NCBI GenBank assembly: GCA_030390025.1 | Contig: CM059432.1 | Coordinates: 58,344,001-58,408,000, forward strand | DNA length: 64,000 nt | Reading direction: 5' to 3' | Source of the DNA: Squalus acanthias | Taxonomy: Eukaryota | In this document: positions 50,553-62,206 of the stretch, piece after piece | How the letters are laid out: every line of letters starts with the position of its first letter | How positions within the stretch are numbered: the first letter of the stretch is position 1 | Translations under genes and position numbers: made by a program | The notes under the pieces: model-generated | Told to the model about the DNA's origin: nothing | Databases searched by the model: none | Seen by the model: only the letters and a program-made list of their open reading frames with translations

Positions 50553-51110
50553 AGTATCATCTTGACAGATCCTCCGCATCCCCAGGAGAAGGGTCTCTGC
50601 GGGTGGAGAGTTGTGCGGCAACTTCCGCCCACTGAATGCCTGTCAAATTCTTACATACGGAACTCCAATAAGTATGAATGGCGATTCCCTTCTTTTATTG
50701 GTTGGGCCGGCCCACGTGATCCCAAGAACCACCTGTGCTCCTGGGATACGGGAGCCTCTGCCCGCGCAGAACCAAAGATGCCCAGGATCGCAAGGATCCC
50801 TATCTCCCAGGCCACCAGGTACAGTTGTAGAATTTTTGCAGGTAGGAGGCATCCGCCCGCGGGAAACCTCCGATCGCAAATGTTGGCCCAATATGATTAA
50901 TCAGAGTCAACATGGTTTTATGAAAGGGAAGTCATGTTTAATAAATTTATTAGAGTTTTTTGAGGATGTTACTAGCAGGGTAGATAAAGGGGAACCTGTG
51001 GATGTGGTATATTTGGATTTCCAAAAGGCATTCGATAAGGTGCCACATAAAAGGTTGCGACGCAAAATAAGGGCTCATGGGGTTGGTGGTAATATATTAG
51101 CAGGGATAGA

Positions 51111-52492
51111 GAATTTCATTTATTTGCTTCCAATTTCCACCCTTCCCTCACCTTCACATGGTCCATCTCCGACTCTTCCCTTCCCTTCCTCGACTTCTCT
51201 TTCTCCATCTCTGGGGATAGACTATTGACAAACATTCACTACAAGCCCACTGACTCCCACAGCTACCTGGACTACACTTCCTCCCACCCCGCTTCCTGTA
51301 AGGACTCTATTCCATTCTCCCAGTTTCTCCGTCTCCGCCGCATCTGCTCTGACGATGCCACCTTCCATACTAGTGCTTCCGACATGTCTTCCTTTTTCCT
51401 CAACTGAGGATTCCCCTCTACTGTGGTTGACATGGCCCTTGACTGTGTCTGTTCTATTTCCCGCACTTCTGCTCTCACCCCTTCCCCTCCCTCCCGGAAC
51501 CACGATAGGGTTCCCCTTGTCCTCACCTTTCACCCCACCAGCCTTCACATTCAACGGATCATCCTCCGCCATTTCCGCCATCTCCAGCGTGATCCCACCA
51601 CCAAATGCGTCTTCCCCTCACCTCCCCTTTCAGCATTCCGAAGGGACCGCTCCCTCCGCGACACCCTGGTCCACTCCTCTATCACCCCCAACACCCCTTC
51701 CCCTTCGCCCGGCACCTTTCCATGCAAACGCAGGAGATGCAACATCTGCCCTTTTACCTCCTCCCTTCCCACTGTCCAGGGCCCCAAACACCCCTTCCAG
51801 GTGAAACAGCGATTTACTTGTACTTCTTGCAATTTAGTATACTCTATTCGCTGCTCACGATGCGGTCTCATCTACATTGGGGAGACCAAACGCAGATTGG
51901 GTGACCGCTTTGCGGAACACCTCCATTCAGTCCATAAGGGTGACCCTGAGCTTCCGGTCGCCTGTCACTTTAATTCTCCGCTCCACTCCCACTCAGACCT
52001 CACCGTCCTCGGCCTCTTACACTGTTCCAATGAAGCTCAACGTAAGCTCGAGGAACAACACCTCATCTTTTGATTCGGCACTTTACAGCCTTCTGGACTC
52101 AACATCGAGTTCAACAATTTCAGACCATAACCTATGCCCCAATCTTTTTTTTCCTTTTTTTCCCCATTTTTTCTCTCTCTCTCACATGGCAGCTGTCTTT
52201 CATTCTGCCAGTGCCATTTACACTTCATCTAGAGCCATCTCCTTTTGCCTTGCACCATCATCCTTTTTGTCTCTTAATCTCTCCTGCCTTCCATCCTATC
52301 ACAGACCTTCCCTTTTGTTCTTTCCTCCCCTCCCCCCCTTTCCCTGCCCCTGCACTTGCTTAAAAAACTGTTCCATCTCCAGCTTTTTCCAGTTCTGACG
52401 AAGGGTCATCGACCTGAAACGTTAATGCTGTTTCTCTCTCCACAGATGCTGCCTGACCGGCTGAGTATTTCCAGCATTTTCTGTTTTTATTT
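51111..52492 (+). mobile_element. Penelope-like element (second family), 3' part with GIY-YIG and tail
   Basis: YKPTDSHSYLDYTSSHP, NLVYSIRCSRCGLIYIGETKRRLGDRFAEH. Confidence 0.9.
52390..52430 (+). ncRNA. Minimal hammerhead ribozyme motif (Penelope tail)
   Basis: cagtt-CTGACGA-agggtc-atc-gacct-GAAA-cgtta; palindromic AACGTT; stem I imperfect. Confidence 0.6.
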
Positions 52493-52564
52493 ATTATTAG
52501 AGGATTGTTTAAATGGACTGAAACAGAGAGTCGGGATAAATGGCTCTTTTTCCGGTTGGCAGGC

Positions 52565-52667
52565 TGAATCTCTCTGGCCTTCTGGAGGAACTTTTAGCCT
52601 AAGCAGTAAAAATGGTGGTTGCTGGTGTGCAAAAGCGCAAGTGGAGACAAGGCTGCTCAATAGCTGA
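52565..52667 (-). pseudogene. Putative host exon truncated at a CR1 junction (QLLSSLVSTCAFAHQQPPFLLLRLKVPPEGQRDS)
   Basis: Acceptor ttttgtgtag; open in phase 2 as required by the 19-nt exon; no donor, runs into CR1. Confidence 0.45.
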
Positions 52668-53182
52668 CTACACAAAATGTGCAATGTTGGCAACTATGCA
52701 AATAACATTTTGATCCTAGCTATTAGTAAGCTGATTTCCCTTTAGTGAAAGCAACTGGCCTGTTCTGTGCAGCCCTGAAATGCTCTTTGTGTGTGCTGAC
52801 TGCCAGCTGACTGTAGCTTCCAATAACCACAAGTCGAGATGCTCAGAACATGTGCTGAACACAGTAGTCAGTGATTACAGTGTTGACATACACTCTGTGC
52901 ACATGATTTACATTACTCACTCCTTGAAGAACTAACAAAAGGCTTTGGTCAGAACTAAATGCTAAATGCATTCTTCAGGTCAATGAAAATTAAATTGGGC
53001 AAGGTGTATAAGAGGCGGCCGATCCAATACCGCCAGTATTATGTCCCCGCTAAAGTTGAACGATCCGCCCACTATTTCAGTTGCCAGCACGTAAACAGCA
53101 ATTGAAAAAATGGAACATCTGCTCGTAAAGTGGGCAATTGGCAAATATATGACGGATGTAAATAAACTATCATTCTCCTTAC

Positions 53183-53201
53183 CAGAGTCACTAGACTGTA
53201 C
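53183..53201 (-). pseudogene. Putative 19-nt microexon of host gene
   Basis: ctttttctcctag|GTACAGTCTAGTGACTCTG|gtaagg; converts phase 1 to phase 2; contains two in-frame stops. Confidence 0.45.
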
Positions 53202-53264
53202 CTAGGAGAAAAAGTTGTTGAAGTCTTTTGTTTGGCTGGGCAAGGCTAAACCCGGTCACATATT

Positions 53265-53595
53265 AAAGATGATAGGCAAAAGAACTAGAGGCGACATGAG
53301 GATTTTTTTTATGCAGCGAGTTGTTGTGATATGGTAATACACATGTTTAATTTTTTAATTTAAAAACAAGTTATGCAGCGAGTTGTTGTGATCTGGAATG
53401 CACTGCCTGAAAGTGTGGTGGAAGCAGATTCAATAGTAACTTCCAAAAGGGAATTGGATATAAACTTGAAGGGAAAAGAATTACAGGGAAAAAGCAGGGG
53501 AGTGGGGCTAATTGGATATCTCTTTCAAAGAGCTGCCATGGGCGTGATGGTCTGAATGGCCTCCTTCTGTGCTGTATCATTCTATGATTCTATGA
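53265..53595 (+). mobile_element. CR1 3' end fragments
   Basis: QRVVVIWNALPESVVEA plus (ATTCTATG)n tail. Confidence 0.8.
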
Positions 53596-54204
53596 AATAT
53601 AATAATGTTTCTGCCAGAGCTTCCCTGCTGAGATGACAGTGTGAGTAAGAAGCTACTACTGGGTCTCCTATGGCATTGCTCACAGTAATTCACAAGATAT
53701 GATAGAAGTTTGGGAGTCATGTGGTGAGGATAGTGGTGATGTTGAAGATAATTATATTTATTTAGGACAATTTTATTTATTTAATTAATTGCCAGATGGT
53801 TTGATCCCGTCCACAAAGTGATATTGCATTTATTAATTTGTTCAATTGCTGGGTGATGTTGCCCAAGCTGTCGAAGCCCGAGTCCATGTACTGAGGGCAG
53901 ATTCATTTATTTACTTCATTTGTGGCTGGCATGCTCTCCCACCAAAGACTGAGGCTATGCGATGAGAGCTGATTCATTTATGTATTTAATTGCCAGCTGG
54001 CCCACTGCCTCTGAAGTCTAATTTCAATGAGATCTGCTCTCTGCAAAGACCAATTAAATTTATTGAGCCCACATTTATTAATATAATTAATAGCCATCTG
54101 GCTTGTTGCCCATAAACCTGATTCCATCTGTTGACACTACACTTCTCTGAAAATTAAAAGCTCCATTTATTATGAAAAGAATATAAAATTACAAAATATG
54201 TTAC

Positions 54205-54420
54205 TCTTAGACAAGAAGCTCTGCTGGCTGACATAGTTGGGAGATAGAGTGTTAAAGGCACAACAGTGCTGCCTATGGTGGGAGGACTGAAAGGTTAGTC
54301 TAATGGTCAGTATGGATAGATTAGTAATTATGGCAGCAAGCCTGTGCCTTATATCAATCACAAAGGATTCTCTTTCACTAGCAGGTGGTCTTGGACACCA
54401 CAACAGAATAACTCAGGTGA
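54205..54420 (-). pseudogene. Putative host exon (T*VILLWCPRPPASERESFVIDIRHRLAAIITN..SFLSK)
   Basis: Acceptor tattttgcag, donor gtaaca; 216 nt, phase 1-1; one TGA in 71 codons. Confidence 0.55.
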
Positions 54421-54431
54421 CTGCAAAATAC

Positions 54432-56690
54432 ATAAGAACATAAGAAATAAGAGCAGGAGTAGGTCATTCAGCAGTAAATCCTGCTCTGCTCTACTACTGA
54501 TGTCAGGCTAACTGGTGCATTGTCTTTTTTCTGTTTTCTCTCTCCTTCCTTTCTTGAATAGCAGGGTTACATTTGCTACCTTCCAATCCATTGGCACCAT
54601 TCTAGAATCTAGGGAATTCTGGAAGATCAAAACCAACGCATCCACTATCTCTGTAGCTACCTCTTTTAAACCTTAGAATGTAGGCTATCTGGTGTAGGGG
54701 ATTTGTTGACTTTTAGTCCCATTAATTTCTCCAGTATAATTTATTTACTAATACTAATTCCTTTACGTTCCTTATTCTCATTAGACCCTTGGTTCTCCAC
54801 TATTTCCAGAATGTTATTTGTGTCTTCTACCGTGAAGACAGATACCAAGTATTTGTTTAATGTCTCTCCCATTTTCTTATTCCCCAGTATATTTTCTACT
54901 GTCTCTGCCTATAAGGGACCCACATTTACTTTCAGTAATCTCTTCCTTGTTACATATCTATAGAAGCTTTTACAATCTGTTTTTTTTTCTAGTTTACTCT
55001 CATATTCTCTTTTCATTTTTTCTTATCAATTTCTTGGTCATCCTTTGCTTAATTCTAAAATCCTTCCAGTCCTCAGGCTTACTACGCTTTTTGGCAACAT
55101 TATAAGCTTCTTCCGAGTACTATCTTTAACTTCTCTTGTTAGCCACGGTTGGACCACTTTTCCCATGTGGTTTTTATTCCTTAGGGGAATGTATATTTGT
55201 TGCAAATTATGAATTAATTCTTTAATTGTTTGCCATTGCTTATCTACCATCATATCTTTTAATCTTCCTTAGCCAACTCGCCCCTCAAACCTATGTAGTT
55301 TGCTTTGTTCAGATTTAGTTTTGGATTTAACTAAATCACTCTCAAATTCAACAGAAAATTCTATCATATTATGATCACTCTTCCCCAGAGGCTCCTTTAC
55401 TACAAGATTATTAACTAACCCTTTCTCATTGCACAATACTAAATGTATAATCGCCTGTTGCCTCATTGGTTCCTCGACATACTGATCTCGAAAACTACCT
55501 TGAATGCATTTCATGATCTCGTCCTCCACACTATTACTACAAATTTGGTTTGCCCAGTCTATATGAAGATTAATGTCCCCCATAATTACTGTATTACCCT
55601 TGTTACATGCACCTCTAATTTTCTGATTTATACTCTGCCCAACACAACAACTACTGTTAGGGGGCCTATAAACTACTCCCACCATGTTTTCTGCCCCTTG
55701 TTGTTTCTTAACTCTACCCAAACTGATTCTACTTCTTGATTTTCGGAGCTAAGATCCTTTCTCTCTGCTGTCTTTAACCCATCCTTTATTATCAGGGCTC
55801 CCCCCCCCCCCCACCCCCACTCCACCTTTTCCATTTTGCCTATCTCTTCTAAAATTCAAGTATCCTGGAATATTTAGTTCCCAACCTTGGTTACTCTGCA
55901 ACCACGTCTCTGTAATGGCTAGTAGATCAAACCCATTTATTTCTATCTCTGCTATTAATTCATCTATTTTGTTGCGAATGCTTCACACATTGAGATATAG
56001 TGACTTTAGCTTTAACTTTTTTCTATTTTTCCATGATGTCACCTTAGTCTCTAATGCCCTATTACCTTTCTTAAACTCTCTTTCCCTTCCTGACCCACTC
56101 TGCTTATTTTAACCCAATTCGCTACTCTCCTCTACAGCCTGGACATTCCTCTTACTGTTTTTGAATTTACCCTTTCCTGAACCTCCCCCCCACCACCACC
56201 CCCCCCCCCCCCCCCCCCACACCCTTCATTAGTATAAAGCCCTATCTACCACCCTAGTTATTTGATTCACCAGGACACTGTTTCCACCCAGGTTTAAGTG
56301 GAGCCCATCTCAACAGAACAGCTCCCTCTTTCTCCAGTACTGGTGCCAGTGCCCCATGAATTGAAACCCCTGCCTCCCACACCACTCTTTCAGCCACGCA
56401 TTTAATGTTCTAATCTGTTTGTCCTTATTCCAATTTGCGGTGGCTCAAGTAACAATCCAGATTTTATTACCTGTGAGGTTCTGCGTTTTAATTTGGACCC
56501 TAGCTCCTCAAACTCTCTCAGCAGAACCTCATTCCTAGTTCTACCTATGTTGTTGGTTCCTACGTGGACCACGACAACTGGATTCTCCCCCTCCCGCTCC
56601 AAATTCCTCTCCAGCTGCGAGGAGATGTCCTTAACCCTGACACCAGGCAGGCAACACAACCTTTGGAACTCCCGGTCGCGGCTGCCCCAA
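54432..56690 (-). mobile_element. CR1 LINE fragments (ORF1 esterase + endonuclease region)
   Basis: VVVHVGTNN, VYRPPNS, LGKSDHN; inverted homolog of 44600-46500. Confidence 0.88.
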
Positions 56691-57099
56691 GTTTCCCCAA
56701 GATACCCCTAGAGCAGCCATGGTGCTTTCCTGGTGTTTATGAGCATTATGGCATAGAAGGGATGATTCCATGTTCTCACACTCTCAGCAGGGAGACACAC
56801 TCTGGGAGCATGTGTCAGAGATAGGGCTACAGCACTGTAACCTTGATTCTCCCACCCATGCATCCTGCAAGCATGCCTCCCACTGGGAGCATGGGATTGT
56901 GGAATTATTCCTGTAACTTGTTGGTATATCGGTCTACTATAGATTCAACTACTTCAAGTAAGAGAATATAACCTTCACCTGAGTCACCAGAAACTTCATC
57001 TATTGTGTGGAACTTCTGTTTGCTTTATCCTCAACCGCTGGACTCTGGATACTTGGTTGAGAGTCTATTCTCTGTTCTATTCTGATTACAAGCACAAGA

Positions 57100-57760
57100 A
57101 GCTTCTTTTATTCTGATATGATGGTTTCTACAGTACTTACAATCTACTTCAGCATCTTTCAAAAACTTCATGGGCTTCATATCTGGAGTCATTTTCTCCA
57201 ATTTCTTTGGTAAATATTACATTTCTTATCTTTTTCAGCTCCTTTACTGTCAATTCATTAGCTTTACACGTGTTAATGCAAGCTTTCCTGTCTTTGATTA
57301 CATTTTCTTCTAGAGTCCCATAGTTGTATATTCCAGCTATAGTGCCCACTACAAAGGATTCTGTTGTTTCATCAAGGCCTTGGTCTTCACTGGTGCAAGA
57401 TGTAGAATTGATAGTTTTAATGGGTTTCCCCAATGCATAATTATTCCATCTTGGTAAAAACACCATCAATGTCTGCCTTGTCTTCATCTGTTTGAAACTG
57501 GAGACCATTGTGTGTGTTCAGTGCCTCGCTGACTTTATTTGTCATCAGTGTTGTAGTCCTGACACCTTTTGGCTGCATAATGAGACATGATGCAATCTCA
57601 TTGCTGTCCCATATCTTTTTTAAGCTTTCCCAATTGCTTCTAGATTACCTGCCATTTCTAGTTTTGCTGAGAATTGCAGATTTTGAAAGGCTCAGAAGCC
57701 TATACAGAGGCTGCACTGTAGGTGCTCAATTACTCCACGGCTGATACAGAGAAAATTACC
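57100..57760 (-). mobile_element. Decayed Gypsy gag remnant
   Basis: QGLDETTESFV..NYGTLEENVIKDR resembles the Gypsy capsid region (cf. QQPGESLDEF..EELIRD at 27680). Confidence 0.5.
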
Positions 57761-57869
57761 GTATAAATAAAATGCAGGAACAGTTCTGAATCAATCTCAC
57801 ACTTTACAACCTTCAACATTGATTCCAATAACTTCACATCATAACCACAGCTCCTAGTTTTTCGGACAG

Positions 57870-58205
57870 CAGGTGCTGGTAATGATTCTGCTGTTGCCAT
57901 TTACAGCTCCTCTAGACCCATCTTTTATTTCTTAACTTGTCCTGTTACCACCCCCTTTTTCCTTGTACTATCATCCCTTTTGTCATTTAATTTCTCTTGA
58001 TTTCCACCCTATCACAGACCTTCTCTTTTATTCTTTCCTCCCCTCCTCCAGCCCTCCCCCCTTCCCCTGCCTCTGTACTTGCTTAAAAACTGTTACATCT
58101 TAACTTTTTCCAGTTCTGACGAAGGGTCATCAACCTGAAGCGTGAACTCTATTTCTCTCTCCACAGATGCTGCCTGACCTACTGAGTATTTTCTGTTTTT
58201 ATTCT
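57870..58205 (+). mobile_element. Penelope 3' tail with degenerate hammerhead (58111-58150)
   Basis: Homologous to 52190-52492. Confidence 0.8.
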
Positions 58206-59059
58206 ATCAACTTAGCTGAAAAGCACATGGGCTGCAGGAATTTGGCTTTAAATGTTGCTGGTTTCCATCTACATGTCCTTCTAAAGCATTCTGGTAGCAT
58301 CTGAGTGAGGTACTTCCATTCTGACACTATGTAGCTAGTTAAATGATAGTTAAATGATTAAAAATTTAGAGCTAAATGAATTTTCTCTTTAGTATGCAAC
58401 TGTGGCGGATCGCCACCTAAAACGGGCATAATCCACTCTTCCGTCTGTGGACAAATTTCCAGCCCCTCCCCTTTAAGGCACATTACCTTTAAGGCAGAAG
58501 GGGGCAGGGCCTCAGGTTTTACCCAGAGAATTCTGGGAGTTTTCCAGAGAATTCTGGGAGCAGTCTCGCAGCCATTTTGATATAGCATGCAGTGAATAAA
58601 AGTTTCTTGTTTTCCACACATGGATTCAGCCTCCATTCGTGTTTCGCGGCAGCCTCAACACAACCATCTTAATTCTGCACTGCAGCTGTCAATCATATAA
58701 ACAACTGCCAAGTTAGAGGGAACAGTCTGGGAACTGCCTGTGCTTCACTATTGCTACAATGTTTTACCTCAATATCAATACAATGCAGTGACGAGAAATA
58801 TTGAAGGGCTACCTGTAAATTAAGCAAGTGTTCTCTGGCAGATGCTGCACATGTAGCTCTTTTTCCTTGTTAGTGGATAAAACAGAGTTGTGTAAGTGTC
58901 CTTGGATTGTGTTTAGATAAGTTAATTTGATCTGCTGATCTAAGTAGGATTCTCCTAATTAATGCAGTTGTCCAGATAAGCACATCCTGAATGTGAAGCA
59001 GGATGTTTGGAGAAACAGAAATACCAAAACAAATTTTCAAATCAGTTCAATAATATTAC

Positions 59060-59173
59060 CAGAATAAAGAAAGGTGTTAAGAGTGTTCTCTTTCTTTGCA
59101 CAATTAAAAGCGTATCGACCATAAATTAAATTGTCTGTTTTGATAGTTCCAGGGTGGTATAGGCAGAAGAGAG
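59060..59173 (-). pseudogene. Putative host exon (LFCLYHPGTIKTDNLIYGRYAFNCAKKENTLNTFLYS)
   Basis: Acceptor tctttttag, donor gtaata; 114 nt; only the phase-1 frame is open. Confidence 0.6.
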
Positions 59174-59299
59174 CTAAAAAGATGAATAACTTCAGCCAAA
59201 CATCCTCCCCCCCAGGGATATTGCTGTTCTGGTTGCCCCTATTTCTGGGACTGCTGCATAGGATTGGTTCTGGTTTAAGCCAGATGCTTCCAACACAAG

Positions 59300-60113
59300 G
59301 GCCCAATCTACGCATTTACCTGGTGGCCTGGGGGGTACGGTGATTCTGTACTTGCGCAAAGCCCCTAGCACCCGGGCGCGGCTCCGCTAACGCCTCCCGC
59401 AAAATTCAGCGGGAGGCTAGTGGTAGCCGGTAGCGTTCCGCAGCATTGCACCACCACCGATGACATCATCGCCGTGCGCAGCGCCCCGCTTGCGCCCTGA
59501 CCACAAACTTCCCTTGCGCCCCCATGCCTATCGCTGGACGATATGTCCGACCGGTTCAGGGGGCATTTTGGCAGCAGTGGTGGTGCAAATTAAAGGGCAG
59601 GTGCCCAGCGGCCATTTTTCTTTTGGCCAACTCCCAGCACCTGCTCCTTCTTACCTCTATATGCGGGGTGCTGGCCACGATTGCTCAGCCCAGCACTCCT
59701 CTTGAGTGCTGGGCTGTTTTCCCGCACCCCGCTCCCCAGTGGTCCAGCAGGGCCCAGGTGCGTGAAGCACTAGGCCCCTCCCCTTTAATTGGGGGAGGAG
59801 GCCTGCAATGACGCAGAGCTACGTGCCGCTGCGTGTGGCGCTGTTACACGTAGCACCGCGAAATTTACTGGTAGCGCTCCAATTTCGGAAAGATGCCCTG
59901 AAACAAGTGTTAGGCCCCCTATCTGCATATGCAAAGGACCTACCACCTTTTTCAGGTGCGGCCCAAGGACACCTATATTTCAACCTTTGCGAATTTGGTG
60001 GACAGCACACTTCAAGCATAGAATGTATGCATGCACGCCGCCTGCCATATTGGACGCTTAGTTGCCCGTTATACGCCTGTAACAGGAGCGCAGCAGCAAT
60101 GAATTTCTAGGCC
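59300..60113. mobile_element. GC-rich Harbinger-like non-autonomous remnant
   Basis: CpG-rich island in AT-rich DNA, right end GAATTTCTAGGCC, repeated TAGCG/CGCTA motifs; left TIR and TSD unclear. Confidence 0.4.
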
Positions 60114-60609
60114 AATGAATTCCTACCCCGCCTATCCCCCCCACCCCATTGAATCACACCCAGGAAACAATGCCACCTATTCTCACTCAACCCATCATAG
60201 CTATACTTAATATTGGACATTGCCCCTTATTGTTTCCCTGTGTCCATTCAACATCTTGCTTTACATAGTAATGTAGTCAGTTTAGAGAGAGAGAGAGAGA
60301 AAGAAAGAGATAGCTATTGAATTGAATTAGAGGTTTTTTTTATCATTCTAATTCTCACTCTATGGGGTGCCTTGCCTTTGTGTATTTCGATAGCTCCCCT
60401 CCAATATCTGCTAATGAACCATGTTTTTGTTGGCACACAAGATTAAACAGAAGGAATGGGGGTGGTAGAGTTGCATAAACCTGCCTTCTCTCTTGCTGTT
60501 TGAAGTGGGTAGAACCCATTGTTATGGCAACCCCTGTAAGGACAAGAGGTGCCCAGCCTTTTTAGCTTCAGAGACTGATAATTTTTTATTATCAGGTGCA
60601 GGACATTAC

Positions 60610-60796
60610 CTTTGGGCTCCCTGAGGGCCTGCCAATCCTGATGCGATGCAGTGCTTTCTTTTATTTCTTGCTTAGCTTTTCCCAGCATGTTTACTGAGCA
60701 CCAGCCTACTTCCTGTGGTCTTGGCAAGGCTGTTTTTGAGATGAAATACGAGTAATTAATTTGCCACAGGAGTTCTTCCAACATTTCACTAATAAC
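60610..60796 (-). pseudogene. Putative host exon (VISEMLEELLWQINYSYFISKTALPRPQEVGW..WQALREPK)
   Basis: 62 open codons ending AAAG|gtaatg (phase 1); acceptor weak, so the 5' limit is uncertain. Confidence 0.55.
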
Positions 60797-61204
60797 CTAG
60801 TCAACACCTGCATCACATTGGCTGATTTGTAGGAAGCCAGGTCTGGGGCATATCATGTCTTAGATTCCATTTTGAAATAGAATGAATGTTTATCTAGAAG
60901 GGATTATGCCAGTTACATTTGATGGAACCCAGTTTACATACAGATTGGCCTTAATTGATTGTATATTCAGTTAAGAGAACTAACCTAATTTATTATGCTC
61001 ATGTTTGGATTTGAGTTTTTATCCTAAATTGATAAATTCAGTAAAGTTTGAACTTTTATATTGTATTCTTCAATATATATTCTCCCCTCGTCTGAAGTTC
61101 TCGTTCTTCTCCTAAAGGTGCTGACTGGCTGCAGTATGGTTTGACAATTGTCAGCCTCCCTCCAGTACCTCACCTGATTCTTTATGTGTGAGCCTGAATT
61201 GTAA

Positions 61205-61505
61205 CACCATCGGATGAGATATTAAACCGAGGCCCCGTCTGCTCTCTCAGGTGGACATAAATGATCACATGGCACTATTTGAAGAGGAGATGGGGGGATT
61301 TTCCTGGTGTCCTGGACAACATTTATCCCTTAACCAACTTCACTGAAAAACAGTTTGATTGGTCATTTATCTCCTTGCTGTTTGTGGTATCTTGCTGTGT
61401 GCTAATTGGCTGCCATGTTTCCTTACAGTACATTGACTGTAAAGCACCTTGGGATGTTCTGAGGTTGTGAAAGGTGCTCTATCAATTGCAATTTCTTTCT
61501 TTCTT
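61205..61505 (+). mobile_element. Deu-domain SINE remnant with L2-type tail
   Basis: gagatattaaaccgaggccccgtctgctctctcaggtggac (Deu domain); 3' ttgggatg..gaaaggtgctctat..tttctttc. Confidence 0.65.
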
Positions 61506-62206
61506 AACAAATTTCTACACTTTAAAATATATTAATTGATCTCTATTGGTATTGCTTATGGACACATTTCGTTAAAAACATTTCTTCCTTCTTGTAACTG
61601 TCTCTCTGCTTGTCTCCAGAGCCCCAATTTTAACCTCCATGTCCCATGGAAATGAATTGGGAAAGACTATTTTCTCTGTTTGGAGACAAGGGGGGAAAAA
61701 TTTAGTTGGTTGCGCCTCCCGTTAGCGCCTTAAGAGGGCGCTAATGGGGCGCAAAGCAACTAGCGCCCGGGCGCAGCGATGTTTGCGCCGCTCGCAAAAT
61801 TAACTAGACATTTTGCGGCGGCACTAAACTTTACCGCCGCGATCTCCTGCGCACACAGATCTTGACGTCATACGAGGGTGCAACGCCCTTGTGGCGCCCC
61901 GGAGCGGAAATTGAGTGGCGCCCCCATCCTTTCCGCCTGGCGCAACCAATGACCGGAAGACTGGTACGCTCCCCAGTCGCTGTGGGGCTGGGGGGTGCGC
62001 TATTTAAAGTGGGCTTCTTCCTGTCTTTCTCTGTGGTTGACATTTTTGCACCACTCGTTCTGAGAGAGAGAGAGAGAGAGATTCAGAGAGAGAGAAAGAG
62101 AGACTTCTGCATTGAGTCAACGCTGTGTGAGGTAGTTTTGGCTACTGATCGTAACTTTGCAGGTACTTTGGTTTTTGACCTTCATAACTTTGATTGCCAA
62201 GAGACT

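Larger units (their letters stand above)
50002..50889. mobile_element. Harbinger-like MITE (element H) with a nested Penelope fragment
   Basis: Imperfect TIR GGGTCGTATTTTGCGA / TCGCAAATGTTGGCCC; AAT TSD restores the CR1 frame. Confidence 0.7.
37360..52566 (+). mobile_element. CR1 LINE broken into five pieces by nested insertions (37360-37408, 41558-42653, 49589-50001, 50890-51110, ~52497-52566)
   Basis: Pieces rejoin collinearly: gggacAGA|gagttt, caaatat|tttgtttc, ENHN|MINQSQHG. Confidence 0.8.

Noticed and set aside
59340..59900. CpG island as host gene promoter
   Set aside because: Lies between two putative exons and resembles GC-rich Harbinger subtermini
60610..60796. Faint similarity of the host exon peptides to GREB1/GREB1L
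   Set aside because: Only a few scattered residues recalled from memory; not supportable without a profile search
61624..61640. ccaattttaacctccat as the missing right TIR of element E
   Set aside because: Imperfect, 24 kb beyond E's last sequence and separated from it by putative host exons
61862..62206. 115-aa N-terminal extension of the 501-aa ORF
   Set aside because: It starts at TTG upstream of the TATA-like box and runs through promoter and GA-repeat DNA; it is not in frame with the transposase in the other copies
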